Positions 26,422 to 35,299 of a stretch of 64,000 bases of DNA are shown one piece after another. The notes beneath the pieces are model-generated. The model saw only the letters and a list, made by a program, of their open reading frames with translations. It searched no databases and was not told where the DNA came from. Source of the DNA: Pusillimonas sp. UBA6240 (lineage in GTDB: Bacteria > Pseudomonadota > Gammaproteobacteria > Burkholderiales > Burkholderiaceae_B); contig DJWC01000085.1 in NCBI GenBank assembly GCA_002441445.1, positions 34,798 through 98,797 of the forward strand. Direction: 5' to 3'. Numbering within the stretch: the first letter of the stretch is position 1; each line of letters starts with the position of its first letter. The position numbers and the translations under genes were made by a program.

Positions 26422-27327
26422 CTAAATGGATGCGGCGTTCTCGGTAGAGCGGAGATACTGCAGCAAATCTATGCTGGGCTGGCTGCTGTTGGCGGCGTCA
26501 TTGGCGCAAATGAAAAAATGCCGCTCGGCCCAGCGATCCGTCAGCCGGAGCAAGATGAGCCCCATGCTCGCCAGGTAGCTACTCGCTATTTTTTCAGGAA
26601 CAATGCCTATGCCCAGACCCTCCCGGATCATGTTGCATCGTGTCTCGAAATTGGAAACCTGAAGCTTGACGGTGGGAGGCCGGCTAATGGTTTGCCCGAT
26701 ATACGCCAGGAATTTATCTAGCGAGTGCAGCGGGAAGTATCCCAGCAAATCGTAATCCAATGCATCTTCCAAAGGCAGCTCGCCCCGGCTTGCCAGCGGA
26801 TGCCCGATCGGCACAACCAAGCCTACGCGATCCGACGCAAATGGAAAAGATCTTATCCCCGGCGCGGGATGGCTTGCGTGGTATATGCCGATATCCACCG
26901 TGCCCTCTGCAACCATGCGCGGAATATCGTAGCTGTGGGCCTCGATGAGGTCTATGCTGATATTGGTTCGCCCCTGCAGGAAATGGCCGATTTTGCCCGG
27001 GAGAAACTGGAGTAGGGTAGACGGGTTCGCCGCAAGCCGAATCTTTGCGATCCCCTCGGCCGAATAGCTGTTGACGGCGCGTTCCGCCAGCTGAATGCTG
27101 CGCAATATCGCCTTTGCTCGTTGATAAAGCAGCGCACCCGCCGGAGTAGGCTCGACGCCGCGCCCGTGGCGGTGCAATAGGCAGCGGTCAAGGTGGCGCT
27201 CCAGTTCCGCCACCCGTTTGCTCGCAGCGGAGGTGACGAGATTTTCTCGTTCCGCAGCCCTGGAAAGGCTTTTTTCTTCTACCGCGGCGACGAATATCTC
27301 CAGCGCGGGTATATCGATGCCTTTCAT
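26422..27327 (-). CDS. LysR-family transcriptional regulator
   Basis: 301 aa. LEIFVAAVEEKSLSRAAERENLVTSAASKRVAELE wHTH. Confidence 0.9.
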   Translation of the reverse strand: MKGIDIPALEIFVAAVEEKSLSRAAERENLVTSAASKRVAELERHLDRCLLHRHGRGVEPTPAGALLYQRAKAILRSIQLAERAVNSYSAEGIAKIRLAANPSTLLQFLPGKIGHFLQGRTNISIDLIEAHSYDIPRMVAEGTVDIGIYHASHPAPGIRSFPFASDRVGLVVPIGHPLASRGELPLEDALDYDLLGYFPLHSLDKFLAYIGQTISRPPTVKLQVSNFETRCNMIREGLGIGIVPEKIASSYLASMGLILLRLTDRWAERHFFICANDAANSSQPSIDLLQYLRSTENAASI

Positions 27328-27606
27328 TCCGGTTTTGTCCTCCTCTTATGGGTTTGAGCGCTTCAGGCATTGTGGCAAAGCTTTGGCTTTGCCGCTTATC
27401 GTGGGCGCAGACTTTGCGAGTAGAACTCGTTTCGCTGAAATATTCTGTTTTATGAAGCGAAAGTGTACGGCAATCTGATAGCTAGTAGAGCAGCCGGGCC
27501 GATCGCGGCTCAGCTGCGGCCATGATGGAAGGCGCCGCATCGTGGAAGGTCTGGATGCCGCCGCGGCCAAGCTGTCCGCCTTCCGGCTGCCTCATCGGGC
27601 AAGGCA

Positions 27607-28194
27607 TTATCCGGCCATATCTTCCCAGTTCAGCTTCCAATTGCCCGAGCGTACGTTTTGCAGCCATAGCATGCAGGCCAGGGTCTTGGCGTCGGTAACA
27701 AAGCCTTGCCGGCAATCCTCCGCCAGGTCCGCTATGGCTTTTTTCTGGACTTCGAGAAACTCGTCCTTGTCGAGTTGCGCCGCGCCGGCGGTAAGCCGCC
27801 GGGCAAAGAAAATGTGGATGATTTCCGTGGAATAGGCAATGGCCAGATGCATGGCGCCCGCATAGGCCCATTGCCTCGCGACATAACCCGTTTCTTCTTG
27901 CAGTTCACGCCGGGCGCAAAGCAGCGGGTCTTCCCCCGCATCCAGCTTGCCGGCCGGAAATTCCAGCATCACGCGATTCACGGGATAGCGGAACTGGCGC
28001 TCGAGAACGACGTGGTCGTCATCCAGTAGCGGAATGATCACCACCGCCCCGGGATGCACAATGTATTCGCGGTCGGCGCTGCGCCCGTCGGGCAGGCGCA
28101 CCTTGTCGCGGCGCGCCTTCAAGAAGCCGCCGTCCAGCAGTGTTTCGCTATGAATAAGCGTTTCAGTCAAATGTTCGTCGGAAGGATAGTCCAT
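27607..28194 (-). CDS. NUDIX hydrolase (ADP-ribose pyrophosphatase-like)
   Basis: 195 aa. Nudix box GKLDAGEDPLLCARRELQEETGY. The N-terminal region is typical of NudF-type enzymes. Confidence 0.85.
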   Translation of the reverse strand: MDYPSDEHLTETLIHSETLLDGGFLKARRDKVRLPDGRSADREYIVHPGAVVIIPLLDDDHVVLERQFRYPVNRVMLEFPAGKLDAGEDPLLCARRELQEETGYVARQWAYAGAMHLAIAYSTEIIHIFFARRLTAGAAQLDKDEFLEVQKKAIADLAEDCRQGFVTDAKTLACMLWLQNVRSGNWKLNWEDMAG

Positions 28195-28271
28195 GATGAT
28201 TCAGGATGTGGAGCCAAGCCGACAGGATACCGCGGAATTGCGGCGCCATAGCAGCTCGCGATCGCGCCGTA

Positions 28272-29162
28272 TCAGTGACCTAAATAATTGTCTGTCACCC
28301 GCCGCAACAGGGCCGTGAACGCCGCCTCCACCGGCAGGTAAGCTCGATTTTTGCTTCGAAGCAGTCCGGTCGTCCGCACGGGTCGGGGGCTTTCCAGCGG
28401 TATCACCGCTAACGCACAATCGGGAGGCACGGCATATCGAGACAATATGGTAGGCAGGCCGGTTTCCTGAACGAGCTTGAGCAGCGATGCGATAGTGCCT
28501 GCCTCAATGACCGCATTGGGTTCGGTGCCGGCGGAAGAAAATGCTTCCTGCAGTTGTTGCCTTGTGTTGAAACGGAGCGGCAACAGAGCCATGTCGCGGC
28601 CGTGCAGCTCGATCATGCGCAGCTTTTTGCGTTGCGCCAGAGGATGGTCGGGCCTGGCGATAAGCACCAGCTCTTCGTTGCACAAGGGCTCGAAAACAAG
28701 GTCGTGGCAGTCCAATGGCCGATATGCCACAGCCATATCGATGGCATGGCGCCTGAGCTTTTCCGTCATTTCTTCCAGGGTGAACTCTTCCACGGTGATC
28801 TTTACCGCGGGGTGCTCGCGCTGATACATCGCGATTGCTTGCGGAATGATTGCGATATTGAAGGTTTGCGAGGTGGCCAGGCGGATATGCCCCGATATGT
28901 CCGCGGGCGATGTCTTGAGCAAAGCCGTGCCGGCGTCCAGGACTTTCAGCGCTTCCAGTACGCTGGGCAGAAGGAGCTCACCCGCGGCCGTCAAGCTGAC
29001 GCGCCGCTCCGTGCGTTCGAACAAGGGCTGACCCAACTCTATTTCGAGCTGCTTGATCTGATGAGACAGGGTGGGTTGGGTTACATGCACTTGTTCGGCG
29101 GCGGCGGTGAAATTGAGTCTTTCGGCCAAGGCCACGAAATACCTAAGGTGTCTTAATTCCAT
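28272..29162 (-). CDS. LysR-family transcriptional regulator
   Basis: 296 aa. MELRHLRYFVALAERLNFTAAAEQVHVTQPTLSHQIKQLE. Confidence 0.9.
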   Translation of the reverse strand: MELRHLRYFVALAERLNFTAAAEQVHVTQPTLSHQIKQLEIELGQPLFERTERRVSLTAAGELLLPSVLEALKVLDAGTALLKTSPADISGHIRLATSQTFNIAIIPQAIAMYQREHPAVKITVEEFTLEEMTEKLRRHAIDMAVAYRPLDCHDLVFEPLCNEELVLIARPDHPLAQRKKLRMIELHGRDMALLPLRFNTRQQLQEAFSSAGTEPNAVIEAGTIASLLKLVQETGLPTILSRYAVPPDCALAVIPLESPRPVRTTGLLRSKNRAYLPVEAAFTALLRRVTDNYLGH

Positions 29163-29175
29163 GATCGTTCTATAT

Positions 29176-29190
29176 ATAGATGACGTCTAT
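29176..29190. promoter_or_regulatory. Dyad ATAGA-N5-TCTAT (T-N11-A type) in a divergent LysR/operon promoter region
   Basis: atagatgacgtctat read directly, 14 nt upstream of the LysR ATG (29162) in an AT-rich 112-nt divergent spacer. Confidence 0.35.
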
Positions 29191-29274
29191 CATTATCATG
29201 CAAATAATCCATTTCCAGAATACATGGCGCTTACCTAAAATCAATAAAAATTGAAAAGGAGGGGGTAAAAGCCC

Positions 29275-30078
29275 ATGAGGATAGGAAAGCAAGCCCAGCC
29301 ATTCAGCGCTATTTCCACAGCGGATGCCCATACGATCACGGTACGCGGCAAGGACCTTTGTACCGAGCTCATCGGCGAAATGAGTTTTGCCGATTTCTAC
29401 TATTTCATGCTTACCGGCCGGACGGCCACGCCGATGCAAAGTTTTTTCATCAATGCTTCGTTGGTGGCCATCGCGGAGCACGGGCTGACTCCGACGGTGC
29501 AGGCTGCCCGCATGACCTACGACGTCGATCCGGCTGCCCTTCAAGCGGCCGTGGCGGCGGGTATCCTTGGCGCCGGCTCGGTGGTCATGGGCACTTCCGA
29601 GTTGTGCGGCCGATTCTTGCACGATATTGCCGAAACAGCCAGAAAGACTGAAGCCCCGCTGGAGTCGGTGATACGGCAAAAGCTGTCGGAGCGAAAGAAG
29701 AATGGATTGACGGTCCCCGGCTACGGCCACCCGCTGCATTCCTCCGGCGATCCGCGCTCCGAACGCTTGCTGGCCATGGCTGCGGAGCGTGGCGTCGCGG
29801 GGCGCTATACCGAGATTTTGCTGGCTGTTGGCCGGTTGATTCCTGAAGCGTATGGGCGCGACTTGCCAATCAATGCGTCTGGCGCCATCCCTGCGGTGCT
29901 GCTGGATGTCGGGTTTCCTTTAGGAGCGCTGAAAGGCATCCCCATTTTGGCGAGAACAGCGGGCTTGTTGGCCCATTTGCATGAAGAGGCCTCCAGGCCC
30001 ATAGGGTTCTTGATGTGCCACCACGCGGAATCGGCGATCAGCTACGACGGGCCGCGGGCCGGCGCCGCGATTTCATGA
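29275..30078 (+). CDS. Short citrate-synthase-family protein (citryl-CoA lyase-like)
   Basis: 267 aa. SD aaggaggggg. Citrate-synthase C-terminal-type motifs (VPGYGHPLHSSGDPRS). Lacks the N-terminal part of a full-length citrate synthase. Confidence 0.7.
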   Translation: MRIGKQAQPFSAISTADAHTITVRGKDLCTELIGEMSFADFYYFMLTGRTATPMQSFFINASLVAIAEHGLTPTVQAARMTYDVDPAALQAAVAAGILGAGSVVMGTSELCGRFLHDIAETARKTEAPLESVIRQKLSERKKNGLTVPGYGHPLHSSGDPRSERLLAMAAERGVAGRYTEILLAVGRLIPEAYGRDLPINASGAIPAVLLDVGFPLGALKGIPILARTAGLLAHLHEEASRPIGFLMCHHAESAISYDGPRAGAAIS

Positions 30079-30108
30079 CACCACACCAATATTGAGAGAC
30101 AGAAAAGT

Positions 30109-31065
30109 ATGTTCATTCGATTCTTGAAGACAACGGTCGCGCTGGGTGTCGCCGTTGTGTCCTGCAATGTTTACGCCCAGTCGGGCAAGCCCACCCAAAT
30201 CATCGTTCCCTATTCGGCCGGAGGGACGACCGATCGGATAGCCCGTCTGGTGGCCAATGGGCTGTCCCAGGAACTGGGAGAACCTTTTGTTGTGGTCAAC
30301 AAGCCCGGTGCAAGCGGCACATTAGGGACTGCGGAAGTCGCTCGCGCACCGGCCGATGGCCATACCTTGGGTGTGGTCTTTGACTCCCAGGCCGTGAACC
30401 AATACATGTTCAAGAGCCTGCCTTACGATACCTTCAAATCTTTCGATTACATCAGTCTGCTGGTTTCCGCGCCTCATGTGCTTACCACGGCGAAATCGTA
30501 CGGATCTCTGGACCAACTGATGCGGGATGCAAAAGCGCGGCCGGGCGAGGTCTCTTTCGGCTCCACGGGCGTGGGCACTTCGAATCATCTTTATCCCCTG
30601 TTGCTGGCTTCCTTGACCAACAGCGAGTTTCTGCCCGTTCCGTACCAAGGCGGCGGGGGCTCCTTCCTGCCCGATCTGCTTGCCGGTCGCTACGACTTCG
30701 CATCCGGGACGCTGGGCTTCTTTCTGCCTTATATCAAGGATGGAAAGTTGCGAGCCTTGGCCACGGGAGGCCGGGAACGTTCGCCTTTGCTGCCGGACGT
30801 TCCAACGGTCGCGGAGGCTTATCCGGGCTTCGAAGCGTCATCGTGGGTAGGATTGGTGGGCCCGGCCGGCGTGCCCAAAGAAGTCTCCGACCGTTTGCGC
30901 AACGCATTGCGCAAGTCGCTGAATTCTTCGCCCATCAAGGAGCAGTTGCTGGCCGAGGGCTTTGTGATAGAGGCCTCGTCTTCCGAAGACTTCATCGCAA
31001 GGGTGCGCAAAGAGGCGGACAGGCTCGGCAAAGTGATCAAAGAAAACAAACTGGGCGAGCAATAG
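30109..31065 (+). CDS. Bug/TctC-family periplasmic substrate-binding protein
   Basis: 318 aa. Signal peptide ...VYAQ, then KPTQIIVPYSAGGTTD. Confidence 0.9.
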   Translation: MFIRFLKTTVALGVAVVSCNVYAQSGKPTQIIVPYSAGGTTDRIARLVANGLSQELGEPFVVVNKPGASGTLGTAEVARAPADGHTLGVVFDSQAVNQYMFKSLPYDTFKSFDYISLLVSAPHVLTTAKSYGSLDQLMRDAKARPGEVSFGSTGVGTSNHLYPLLLASLTNSEFLPVPYQGGGGSFLPDLLAGRYDFASGTLGFFLPYIKDGKLRALATGGRERSPLLPDVPTVAEAYPGFEASSWVGLVGPAGVPKEVSDRLRNALRKSLNSSPIKEQLLAEGFVIEASSSEDFIARVRKEADRLGKVIKENKLGEQ

Positions 31066-31093
31066 CCGCCGGATGCAAAGAGGCCAGCAAAGC

Positions 31094-32665
31094 ATGTCGA
31101 ACAGCAGTAGCCGCAATGAGCTTTTTTCAGTGGGCGGCGTTGGCGAAATGATCGTCAACGCGTTGGAACGCCATATGCACCGGCCGGCGTTTTCTTGCCG
31201 CGGAAGGCGAATAAGCTACCTTCAGCTCGCAGAGCAGATCAGCAGAACGATCCAGCTTTTCGAGGCGCATGGCGTCAAGCGTGGCGAAGCGGTCATGCAG
31301 ATAACCGCCAACCGCTACGAAATGTTCGTGGTGATGGCTGCGGCGTATATCGGCGGCTATGTATCGGTCGTTCCCAACTATTCGAGCAGCCAGGAAGATC
31401 ATCGATACATGCTGGAAGACAGCGGCGCAGTATTGCTGATCGTCGACCAGGACAGGGCGGAGCGAGCGCTCCAGTTGCAAAAGTCCGCGCAAAGGCCGGT
31501 GCAAATCTGGTCGCATGATGAAGTAGAGGGCCTGGAGCATTTCTGGAGTGCCGCCTCCGCATATGCGCCGGGGCCGCTCGTGGCGCGCGACCGTCCGCAA
31601 GATGACGTTCGCCTGATCTATACCGGCGGCACGACCGGGTTGCCCAAAGGCGTCATCACGACGAGCAGCGCCCTGGCCTTTGCCTCGCTGCTGCATATCG
31701 CCGAGCAGAACCTGAGCGTGGAAACAAAGCTGCTGGTATCGTCGCCTTTATCGCACGGCGCGGGGGCGCTGACCATACCCGTGCTGTGCAAGGGCGGGCA
31801 AATCGTCATCCATGATCATTTCGATCCGGACCTGACGCTCGATGCCATTGCAAATGGGCAAGCCTGCACTTTGTTCCTGGTGCCCACAATGCTATATGCG
31901 CTCATGGACAATACGCGCATAACCCATACGGACCTAAGCGGACTGAAGCGGATCATCTATACGGCGTCGCCGATTTCTCCTACGCGCTTGCAGCAGGCGC
32001 TGGATATATTCGGGCCCATACTGCATCAGAATTATGGCCAGACCGAGGTTCCCGGCACGATTCTTTCGTTAAGAGTGGAAGACCACATCGACCCGCGCGG
32101 CGGCAGGCTGAGCTCCGCCGGCAAGCCTTATCCCTGCGTGACGGTCAGGTTGATCGATGACCATGGCGAACAGGTGCCGCGCGGCGGCGGTATCGGCGAA
32201 TTGTGTGTCAGGGCGCCCCATGTGACGCAGGGCTATTGGAACAAGCCGGAAGCGAGCAGGGAGCTGCTGCGCGATGGCTGGCTGCACACTGGAGACATGG
32301 CCTATGAGGATGCGGACGGCTATTTCCATATAGTCGATCGCAAGAAAGACATGATCATCTCCGGCGGCTTCAATATTTACCCGCAAGAGCTGGAAAATGT
32401 CTTGACTGCACACCCAGCGGTCTCCGCGGCCGCGGTAATCGGGGTGCCGGACCCGAAATGGGTGGAAGCGGTCAAAGCCTTCATTGTATTGAAGGAAGGT
32501 TGCACAATCGAAGGCAATGCCATCATCTCATTTGTAAAAGAAAGAAAGGGGTCGGTCATGGCTCCCAAATCGATCGAGTTTGTGCCCGATCTTCCTTTGA
32601 CGAATCTGGGAAAAGTCGACAAGAAGGCTTTGCGGTCGCCATACTGGCCCGCCGGAAAAGCATAG
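31094..32665 (+). CDS. AMP-dependent synthetase/ligase (acyl-CoA ligase)
   Basis: AMP-binding motif IYTGGTTGLPKGV and ...GWLHTGDMAYEDADGYFHIVDRKKDMII... Start is uncertain (ATG at 31073, 31094 or 31148). Confidence 0.85.
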   Translation: MSNSSSRNELFSVGGVGEMIVNALERHMHRPAFSCRGRRISYLQLAEQISRTIQLFEAHGVKRGEAVMQITANRYEMFVVMAAAYIGGYVSVVPNYSSSQEDHRYMLEDSGAVLLIVDQDRAERALQLQKSAQRPVQIWSHDEVEGLEHFWSAASAYAPGPLVARDRPQDDVRLIYTGGTTGLPKGVITTSSALAFASLLHIAEQNLSVETKLLVSSPLSHGAGALTIPVLCKGGQIVIHDHFDPDLTLDAIANGQACTLFLVPTMLYALMDNTRITHTDLSGLKRIIYTASPISPTRLQQALDIFGPILHQNYGQTEVPGTILSLRVEDHIDPRGGRLSSAGKPYPCVTVRLIDDHGEQVPRGGGIGELCVRAPHVTQGYWNKPEASRELLRDGWLHTGDMAYEDADGYFHIVDRKKDMIISGGFNIYPQELENVLTAHPAVSAAAVIGVPDPKWVEAVKAFIVLKEGCTIEGNAIISFVKERKGSVMAPKSIEFVPDLPLTNLGKVDKKALRSPYWPAGKA

Positions 32666-32865
32666 CGGCCGAGCCTGCCATGTCCAGCACGGCGGAGCCT
32701 GTCGTTTGGCGCGATAGACTTTTCCGGAACAAATAATTAGACTAAGTCCACACGACACGGCGTGGAGGGTGGTCCGTTCGGGCTGGCCATCGCGCCGCTC
32801 CGCTTCTCGCTTCTGCGCCGCGTCGCGATCAAAAGATTCATAAGAATGCGAAGGACGAAACGGTA

Positions 32866-34257
32866 ATGGAGACTTGGCGATTATCAGCGACGCAAGTGGC
32901 CGCTCTGGTGCGTGGCAAAAAGGTGTCGGCGCGCCAGGTTGCGCAGCAGGCGCTGGACCGGGTGGAAAGCGTCAATGGCGAACTCAATGCCATTGTGGAA
33001 TGCCGGCCCGAAGAAGTGCTGGCGGCGGCCGATGCCATCGACAAGCGCTTGGCGGCGGGCGAGGACGTGGGCCCGCTGGGCGGCGTGCCGGTTACGGTAA
33101 AAGTCATTACCGACCAGGTAGGTTATGCCACGACCAATGGGGTGACCTTGCAGCGGGACTTGATCGCCACGCAGAACAGCCCTGTGGTGGACAATATACT
33201 GAACGCCGGCGCGGTCATTCTCGGGCGCAGCAACACGCCGGCGTTTTCCTATCGTTGGTTCACCAACAACAAGCTGCATGGCGCAACGCGCAATCCGCAT
33301 GATGCCAGCCTGACCCCAGGCGGCTCGTCCGGCGGCGCGGCGTCGGCGGTGGCCAGCGGCATGGGCAATATCGCCTTGGGCACGGACATCGCCGGTTCGG
33401 TGCGCTATCCCGCTTATGCCTGCGGCGTGCATGGTTTGCGCCCTTCCACGGGCAGGGTGCCCGCCTATAACAGCACCACGGGGGAAAGATCCATCGGCGC
33501 CCAGCTCATGGCCGTCACAGGCCCGCTGGCCCGAACCGTCGCCGATCTGCGCCTGGCGCTGGCGGCCATGGCGGCGGGTAGCCACCGCGATCCATTCTGG
33601 GTCCCGGCGCCGCTGCAGGGGCCGCCCGTTCCGCGCCGGGCGGCCCTGTGCCTGCGTCCCGACGGCCTGGCTACAGCGCCGGAAATCATCGATCACCTGC
33701 GCCGGGCCGCAGCCGAGCTGGCCGATGCCGGCTGGGATGTTGCCGAGGTCGAAGCGCTGCCGCCCTTGCGCGAAGCTGTCGGCCTGCAGATCAAGCTCTG
33801 GATAGGCAACGATTACGACAGGCAAATGGCGGCCGCGGAGCGGGAAGGCGATCCGGGCGCGCTGACCGCGCTGCGGGGCCAGCGCCAGGTGGCGTCCGAA
33901 TTGAATCTGGAAAGCTTTTCAGAAGCATTGACGCGGCGCGCCACGCTGATACGTCTTTGGCAGGCTTTTCTCGAAGATTATCCTGTCGTGCTGATGCCTG
34001 TGTCGGGCGAGCTGCCCTTTACCGACAATCTGGATCTGCAAGGCGAAGAGGCGTACAGAAGGGTATGGGAAGCGCAATTGCCGCAGATAGGCATCCCTCT
34101 GCTGGGCCTGCCGGGGCTGTCCTTATGCACCGGCAAAGTCGGCAGCGCTCCCGTCGGGGTGCAGATCGTCGCCGGGCGTTTTCGTGAAGACCTGTGCCTG
34201 GCCGCCGGCGAGGATATCGAGAGCCGCGGCTGGAAGCCTGAAGTCGTACCCGCCTAA
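32866..34257 (+). CDS. Amidase (amidase-signature family)
   Basis: 463 aa. AS signature ...GGSSGGAASAVASGMGNIALGTDIAGSVRYPA... SD aagga. Confidence 0.9.
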   Translation: METWRLSATQVAALVRGKKVSARQVAQQALDRVESVNGELNAIVECRPEEVLAAADAIDKRLAAGEDVGPLGGVPVTVKVITDQVGYATTNGVTLQRDLIATQNSPVVDNILNAGAVILGRSNTPAFSYRWFTNNKLHGATRNPHDASLTPGGSSGGAASAVASGMGNIALGTDIAGSVRYPAYACGVHGLRPSTGRVPAYNSTTGERSIGAQLMAVTGPLARTVADLRLALAAMAAGSHRDPFWVPAPLQGPPVPRRAALCLRPDGLATAPEIIDHLRRAAAELADAGWDVAEVEALPPLREAVGLQIKLWIGNDYDRQMAAAEREGDPGALTALRGQRQVASELNLESFSEALTRRATLIRLWQAFLEDYPVVLMPVSGELPFTDNLDLQGEEAYRRVWEAQLPQIGIPLLGLPGLSLCTGKVGSAPVGVQIVAGRFREDLCLAAGEDIESRGWKPEVVPA

Positions 34258-34307
34258 GCCGCTCATGCCGGCGCATAGTTGTAGCGGTATGTGCACGACG
34301 GACGGCC

Positions 34308-34338
34308 GGCCGCGGGACACAGGCGGCATCCCGCGGCC
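34308..34338 (+). terminator. Intra-operon hairpin (10-bp stem GGCCGCGGGA/TCCCGCGGCC, 11-nt loop); possible attenuator or terminator
   Basis: Read directly, 50 nt downstream of the amidase stop. No U-tract. Confidence 0.3.
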
Positions 34339-34401
34339 GACGCCTGATGCCAAGGCCGAGATAGTTGCACGATAGAGGCAGTCTTGATCAAGGGGTGGAC
34401 G

Positions 34402-35274
34402 ATGAAGAAAGTAGGTGTGATCGGCTTGGGCAATATGGGCAGCGGGATGGCTCTGTCTTTGCAGAAAGCCGGCTTCCAGGTGCACGGCCACGATCCGTCG
34501 GACGACGCGGCGGCGCGCATGGCCGCGGCGGGGGTAGGTATTGCGGCATCGCCCGCTGCGCTGGCGGGCGCGGTGGAAGCCGTCCTGCTTTCGTTGCCGA
34601 ATTCCGCGGTCGTCGAATCGGTAGTGTTCGGCAGCGGAGGCTTGCTGTCCGCCGCGCGCAAGGGGCTGTTCGTCATCGACACCAGCACGGCCGATCCCGC
34701 CAGCACGCGCAAGGTGGCGCAGGCGCTGCATGAGGCCGGCATGGTCTTTCTGGATGCGCCGGTCAGCGGCGGGCCCAAGGGCGCCGCGGCGGGAACCTTG
34801 ACCATGGTGCTGGGCGGCAGGCCGGAAGACATCGCCGCCGCGGAATCCGTCCTGGCGGCCGTCAGCGCCAAGCGCGTCCACGTGGGGCCGGCGGGCGCGG
34901 GGCACGTCGCCAAGCTGCTGAACAATATGCTGTGCGGCGCGCACTTGCTGCTCGCGGCCGAAGCGGCCCGTATCGCCCGGGCGGCGGGCCTGGACGAACA
35001 AAAGATATTCGACGGAATCAATGCAGGCTCGGGGCGCAGCGCCGTCACGGAAGTGAACTTCCCGACCTGGGTATTCAATGAGCGCTTCGATTCCGGCTTT
35101 ACCATGAAGCTGATGCGCAAGGATGTCGGCCTGGCGCTGGGCCTGTTGCGCGGCCTGGGCGTGCCTGCGCCCATGGCCGAGACCGCCGCCAGGTTATGGA
35201 AGGACAGCGCCGCATCCATCGCCGATGATGAAGATTTCAATCGGATCACAGGCTTCATAGCGGATCAACGATAG
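34402..35274 (+). CDS. NAD(P)-dependent oxidoreductase, 3-hydroxyisobutyrate dehydrogenase (HIBADH) family
   Basis: MKKVGVIGLGNMGSGMA Rossmann motif and ...DAPVSGG... The ATG at 34402 is preceded by aaggggtgg. Confidence 0.85.
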   Translation: MKKVGVIGLGNMGSGMALSLQKAGFQVHGHDPSDDAAARMAAAGVGIAASPAALAGAVEAVLLSLPNSAVVESVVFGSGGLLSAARKGLFVIDTSTADPASTRKVAQALHEAGMVFLDAPVSGGPKGAAAGTLTMVLGGRPEDIAAAESVLAAVSAKRVHVGPAGAGHVAKLLNNMLCGAHLLLAAEAARIARAAGLDEQKIFDGINAGSGRSAVTEVNFPTWVFNERFDSGFTMKLMRKDVGLALGLLRGLGVPAPMAETAARLWKDSAASIADDEDFNRITGFIADQR

Positions 35275-35299
35275 GGTTTCCAGCAACAGGAGTTCCCCC

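Noticed and set aside
17155-27327. Impression that 17155-27327 and 48542-55343 are somewhat less GC-rich than the neighbouring blocks (possible horizontally acquired patches)
   Set aside because: I only spot-counted a few 60-nt lines (about 53 percent against 53-60 percent), which is not discriminating. There are no flanking tRNA, integrase or direct repeats. A sliding-window GC/GC3 and codon-usage calculation is needed before claiming anything.
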